Positions 60,504-64,000 of a stretch of 64,000 bases of DNA are shown here, piece after piece. The notes beneath the pieces are model-generated. The model saw only the letters and a list, made by a program, of their open reading frames with translations. It did no database searches and had not been told where the DNA came from. Every line of letters starts with the position of its first letter. Position 1 is the stretch's first letter. Both the position numbers and the translations under genes were made by a program. Location: NCBI GenBank assembly GCA_965267575.1, contig OZ254086.1, positions 1,344,001-1,408,000 on the forward strand, read 5' to 3'. This DNA is from Calditrichales bacterium (GTDB lineage: Bacteria > Calditrichota > Calditrichia > Calditrichales > J004).

Positions 60504-60888
60504 ATTTTCTTTGCACCCGCTTAAACTGCAAACTCCTGCTGCCGAAATTAATCAATAGTCCTACTTCCATATTATACGCTTCCAGGTAGTTAATCGCTTG
60601 CGCCAGGTGTACATGTTCCAGTTGAATAATAGCTTTTAGCTCAACCATTATCTTGTCATCAACAAAAAAATCAACCCGTCGTGTGCCGATGTTTTGATCA
60701 TCATAATAAATGGGCATTTCCATCTCACGCTCAAAAGAAAGCCCCTGCTTGGTCATCTCAATCGCAAGGGCGCGCTGATAGATGACCTCCTGAAATCCAT
60801 TGCCCAACGTTGAATGCACTTTCATCGCGCAGCCAATGATTCTGGATGTTAAGTCGGAGTATTTGTATTCCGGGTTAATGTTACTCAT
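60490..60888 (-). CDS. GxxExxY protein (PD-(D/E)xK nuclease fold)
   Basis: 132 aa; IIGCAMKVHSTLGNGFQEVIYQRAL, RVDFFVDDKIMVELKA, AQAINYL and GLLINFG motifs. Confidence 0.95.
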   Translation of the reverse strand: MSNINPEYKYSDLTSRIIGCAMKVHSTLGNGFQEVIYQRALAIEMTKQGLSFEREMEMPIYYDDQNIGTRRVDFFVDDKIMVELKAIIQLEHVHLAQAINYLEAYNMEVGLLINFGSRSLQFKRVQRKLSEP

Positions 60889-60889
60889 G

Positions 60890-61110
60890 TGTCTAAACTT
60901 TGATTGTTGGTTGAAGCATTTGTCTGAACTATGATTCGTGTGATGAAATGATTTTGTGATTAGAAGATTTCTCCAATCACAGTCCGTCACAAAATCACAG
61001 TTTAGACAATCTTCCTGTCTGACCATGATTCCTGTGATGGTGTGATTTTATGATTAGAAGATTTCCTAATCACAGTCCATCACGTAATCAAATAAATCAT
61101 AGTTCAGACT
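60890..61110. repeat. Half end (60890-60905) plus two tandem long-hairpin units (60921-61008, 61016-61110)
   Basis: Same family as 60302-60503; shared core TGATTTT(G/A)TGATTAGAAGATTT...AATCACAGTCC. Confidence 0.92.
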
Positions 61111-62224
61111 ACTTCAAATTCTCAGGATTCAGCCCCTTCAAATCATCCACCACAAACAGACCGCCTTTGCGGATCAGTGTGTCATCAAAGTAGATTTCGC
61201 CGCCGCCATACTCCGCTGTCTGGATGCAGACCATGTCCCAGTGGATGTTGCTGCGGTTGCCGTTGTCGGCATCCTCGTAGGCCTGGCCCGGTGTGAAGTG
61301 GAAAGAGCCGGCGATCTTCTCGTCAAACAAAATATCCAGCATCGGTTTGGTGATCCAGGGGTTAAAACCGATGGCAAATTCACCGATGTAGCGCGAACCG
61401 TCGTCGGTATCTAAAATTTCGTTGAGGCGTGTGCTGTTGCTGGCGCTGGCTTCAATAATCTTGCCATCCTTAAATGTGAGCTTGATGTTGCTGAACACCG
61501 TCCCCTGGTAGATCGTATCGGCACTGTAACGTAGGGTGCCATTTACCGAATCACGCACGGGCGCTGTAAACACCTCGCCATCGGGAATGTTGTGGCTGCC
61601 GGCGCAGGGCACCACGGGGATATCCTTGATGCTGAAACGCAGGTCGGTGCCGGGACCCTTGATGTAGACTTTGTCTGTCTTTTGCATGCGTTCCTTCAGT
61701 TTTTTCGCGGCAGTGGCCATCTTCTTGTAATCAAGCGTACAAACGTCGAAATAAAACTGCTCGAAAGCCTCGCTGCTTTTCTGCGCCTGCTGGGCCATTG
61801 AAGGCGTCGGCCAGCGCAGTACGCACCACTTGGTTTTGGGCACGCGGATATTGAAATGAACCGGCTTCAGCCAATGCTCCTCGTACAAGCGCATCTTGTC
61901 GGAAGGCACATCGGACATCTCCGAGATGTTGTAGCTGCCGCGCAAACCAAGATAGGCCTGCACCTGCTTCATGCGATAAGCCTCCACATCGGCCGTAGCC
62001 AGCATCGTTTTTTCATCGCCGTCACGCAGCAGTTCGCGCATCAGCGTGTTGTTTTTGATTGTCAACAGGGGAATGCCGCCGGCTTGCCTTACCCGCCGTA
62101 TCAGCGCCACTATGAATTCCTTTGGAATGTCAATGGCCTCGATGAGAATTTTTTCCCCTTTTTGCAAATTTGTAGAATGGCCGATTAATACATTTGCAAG
62201 TTTGTCAAAGCGTGGGTCATGCAT
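61109..62224 (-). CDS. Aminopeptidase, M29 family (AmpS/AmpT-like)
   Basis: NIPDGEVFTAP, IGEFAIG, LFDEKI.GSFH and SNIHWD motifs. Confidence 0.93.
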   Translation of the reverse strand: MHDPRFDKLANVLIGHSTNLQKGEKILIEAIDIPKEFIVALIRRVRQAGGIPLLTIKNNTLMRELLRDGDEKTMLATADVEAYRMKQVQAYLGLRGSYNISEMSDVPSDKMRLYEEHWLKPVHFNIRVPKTKWCVLRWPTPSMAQQAQKSSEAFEQFYFDVCTLDYKKMATAAKKLKERMQKTDKVYIKGPGTDLRFSIKDIPVVPCAGSHNIPDGEVFTAPVRDSVNGTLRYSADTIYQGTVFSNIKLTFKDGKIIEASASNSTRLNEILDTDDGSRYIGEFAIGFNPWITKPMLDILFDEKIAGSFHFTPGQAYEDADNGNRSNIHWDMVCIQTAEYGGGEIYFDDTLIRKGGLFVVDDLKGLNPENLK

Positions 62225-62254
62225 GGTTTTTCTCCGTATTTCTTAAGATTCTAT

Positions 62255-62340
62255 TCCCCCTTATCAAAGGGGGTTAGGGGTTGTCTTTCAAGGTGTCCAT
62301 TATTTACAAAATAACCCGTTAATCTCTTTTTTGAGGGGAA
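62255..62340. repeat. Degenerate REP-doublet-like element
   Basis: CCCCCTT-ATCA-AAGGGGG-TTAGGGG at 62256-62280 with a decayed inverted partner at 62311-62340. Confidence 0.45.
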
Positions 62341-62366
62341 ACCAGATTGATTTTCAATTCACGGTA

Positions 62367-63188
62367 TTACTCGCCCGTAATTACTTCACCCTTCTCGTAA
62401 TCATATTCTGAGCCCATAGTGCTGTGCGGTATGGCAAAAACGAGAATCAGGATCACCGCTGCGGCGACAAATAGAGTGTTACGGCGTTGTTTTAAATTCG
62501 CAACTATGGCAATCGCCCAAACGATTACAGCGAGCAACGTTTTATTGTCCGTTAAATCCCAGCCAAACGGCACGCCTGTCCAGAAAGCATCGAAGGCGTA
62601 CTTTTGCACAATGGGTCCCAGGATGAGCCCGCCGATAAACAGGACGACCAGGGTACTCAGGGCCATGCGCCAGGCCAGTGGATGCTTGCGTAGCGCCAGC
62701 AACCCGCACCACGTGGAGAGCCACAATCCGACAAACATGAACACAATATGACTTGCCAGCACCGGCGTAGGAACGGCGCCCTTAAAACGGATCACCACCG
62801 GGTTATCCCGGGCAACTTCTGCCCGGTCATTGCCATCCTGCAACACAATGTAATAGGCCAGCTTGCCGGCAGCCGGTTGCTCGGGCAGCAGGGCGCTGAG
62901 CGTGTCGCGGGTGCGAATAAACGGAGCCGCGCTAAATTCATCATTCGTGGGATAGCGCTTGTAAAAAAGCGTCGCTGAAACCGACGTATCCGGCGCCAGG
63001 AGCGGAATCAGGCAGGGCGTGCCTTTTTCATGGCTGCGCGGAAGCTCAAACGTAAAGGACGTATTGTTAAGTGTAACCGAAACGTTTTTCTCCCAGGTAG
63101 GTCCGGTTGCCCGCTGGTAGTAAAGTGTGGCCAGTACAATTATAAGTGCCACTATCGCCCAGGGCCAGGATTTTTTTTGATTTTCCAT
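62367..63188 (-). CDS. Conserved hypothetical membrane protein
   Basis: N-terminal TM, extracytoplasmic domain and 4 TMs; YYQRATGPT, WTGVPFGWDLTDNKTL and IPHS..GSE. Confidence 0.75.
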   Translation of the reverse strand: MENQKKSWPWAIVALIIVLATLYYQRATGPTWEKNVSVTLNNTSFTFELPRSHEKGTPCLIPLLAPDTSVSATLFYKRYPTNDEFSAAPFIRTRDTLSALLPEQPAAGKLAYYIVLQDGNDRAEVARDNPVVIRFKGAVPTPVLASHIVFMFVGLWLSTWCGLLALRKHPLAWRMALSTLVVLFIGGLILGPIVQKYAFDAFWTGVPFGWDLTDNKTLLAVIVWAIAIVANLKQRRNTLFVAAAVILILVFAIPHSTMGSEYDYEKGEVITGE

Positions 63189-63307
63189 TTGCGATTTTTC
63201 TGTAAAACCACCTTAGTCAAAAAACTGATATTTCCCTTAGAAAAGGGGGCAAAACCTAATACTAAATTAAACAATGAAGCGATTACAAAAAACCACAGAC
63301 GGAAAAT

Positions 63308-63336
63308 AAAAAAGCCCGCCGGGTCAGGGCGGGCTT
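63308..63336 (-). terminator. Intrinsic terminator after the tricorn-like protease
   Basis: AAGCCCGCC-N7-GGCGGGCTT with a T-run on the minus strand. Confidence 0.8.
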
Positions 63337-63353
63337 GCTTGTGTCAGCTTATC

Positions 63354-64000
63354 CTAATTTTTTTTGTCAGGTGCCGGTGGCAGGCCGGGAATCTCTTTTT
63401 CGGCAGTCTCCAGTTCCTTCAGGATCTCTTCAATGGCGCGGTCAAGCTGCGCGTCATTGCCTATAAATTCCTGGTGCGGATCGTTGTCTACAAAAATGTC
63501 CGGTTCCACACCAATGCCCTCCATCAGCCATTCGGTGCCTTCCAGGTTGTAGCGCGAAAATTCCGGCTTGTTCAGCGAGCCGCCATCGATAAAGGGCAGC
63601 GAACCGCGGATACCGACAACACCACCCCAGGTGCGTTTGCCGACCACCTTGCCCAGGTTGTGCTTCTTAAAACGGAACGTGAAAATATCGCCGTCTGAAG
63701 CGGAAAATTCGTCGGCCAGGCAGATCATGGGGCCGTAGAGTGTGGCACCGGGGTTAACGCCGGGGCTGGCGTTACGGGCCATGTTGATCATAACCGCTTC
63801 ACGGCGCAGTCTTTCAATGATCATCGGTGAAACGTTGCCGCCGCCATTGCCGCGTACATCCACGATCAGCGCTTTCTTGCGCAACTGCGGATAGAAATGC
63901 TCCACAAATTCGTTCAGACCGCCGGGGCCCATATCAGGAATGTGCAGGTAGCCCACTTTACCATCTGTTGCTTCATTCACCTTTTTGATATTGGTATGCA
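63354..64000 (-). CDS. Tricorn-like S41 protease (3' end only)
   Basis: GYLHIPDM, DVRGNGGG, SASDGD, GKRTWGGVVG and GVEPD motifs; the ORF continues beyond the window. Confidence 0.92.
   Translation of the reverse strand, partial: HTNIKKVNEATDGKVGYLHIPDMGPGGLNEFVEHFYPQLRKKALIVDVRGNGGGNVSPMIIERLRREAVMINMARNASPGVNPGATLYGPMICLADEFSASDGDIFTFRFKKHNLGKVVGKRTWGGVVGIRGSLPFIDGGSLNKPEFSRYNLEGTEWLMEGIGVEPDIFVDNDPHQEFIGNDAQLDRAIEEILKELETAEKEIPGLPPAPDKKN

Noticed and set aside
60889-61026. 46-aa N-terminal extension of the GxxExxY ORF in the ORF track
   Set aside because: It is a translation of repeat DNA; the family-typical length of about 130 aa fits the ATG at 60888.
60302-61110. CRISPR array interpretation of the repeats
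   Set aside because: Units are about 90-97 nt with conserved interiors and only 7-8 nt linkers; there are no unique constant-length spacers and no cas genes.
1-64000. tRNA, rRNA, tmRNA or known riboswitch
   Set aside because: I recognised no cloverleaf or known RNA motif in the short intergenic gaps; an Infernal scan would be needed to exclude them formally.

Overview
A replication-origin-proximal 64 kb bacterial chromosome segment. Gene content and order look FCB-group, most like Calditrichota; this is inference, not a database match. recF and dnaN point left and rpmH-rnpA-yidD-yidC-mnmE-mnmG-rsmG point right, away from an AT-rich gap (1682-2118) with DnaA boxes and a DnaA-trio tract. No dnaA gene is present, and two parS sites bracket mnmG. 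The rest is mostly housekeeping, envelope and metabolic genes (murQ, glgA-like, gmhB, rpiB, glyA, tatC, prenyl synthase, waaA, rpsU, glgC, ptsI, tesA/YbbAP-like, peptidases). The best candidate for an undescribed system is at 60.3-61.1 kb, where a GxxExxY PD-(D/E)xK-fold gene sits inside an array of four ~90-97 nt long-hairpin repeats with 16-nt inverted termini. Also notable: a Vms1-like release factor next to a RelA/SpoT-TPR alarmone synthetase; a beta-propeller/Y_Y_Y sensor fused to a Ser/Thr kinase; a full-length but catalytically degenerate glycogen synthase; a degenerate DNA-methyltransferase-like gene; a CBS-fused carboxylate-amine ligase paired with a deacylase; and a frameshifted EamA transporter. 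I saw no rRNA, tRNA, CRISPR array, transposase or prophage.
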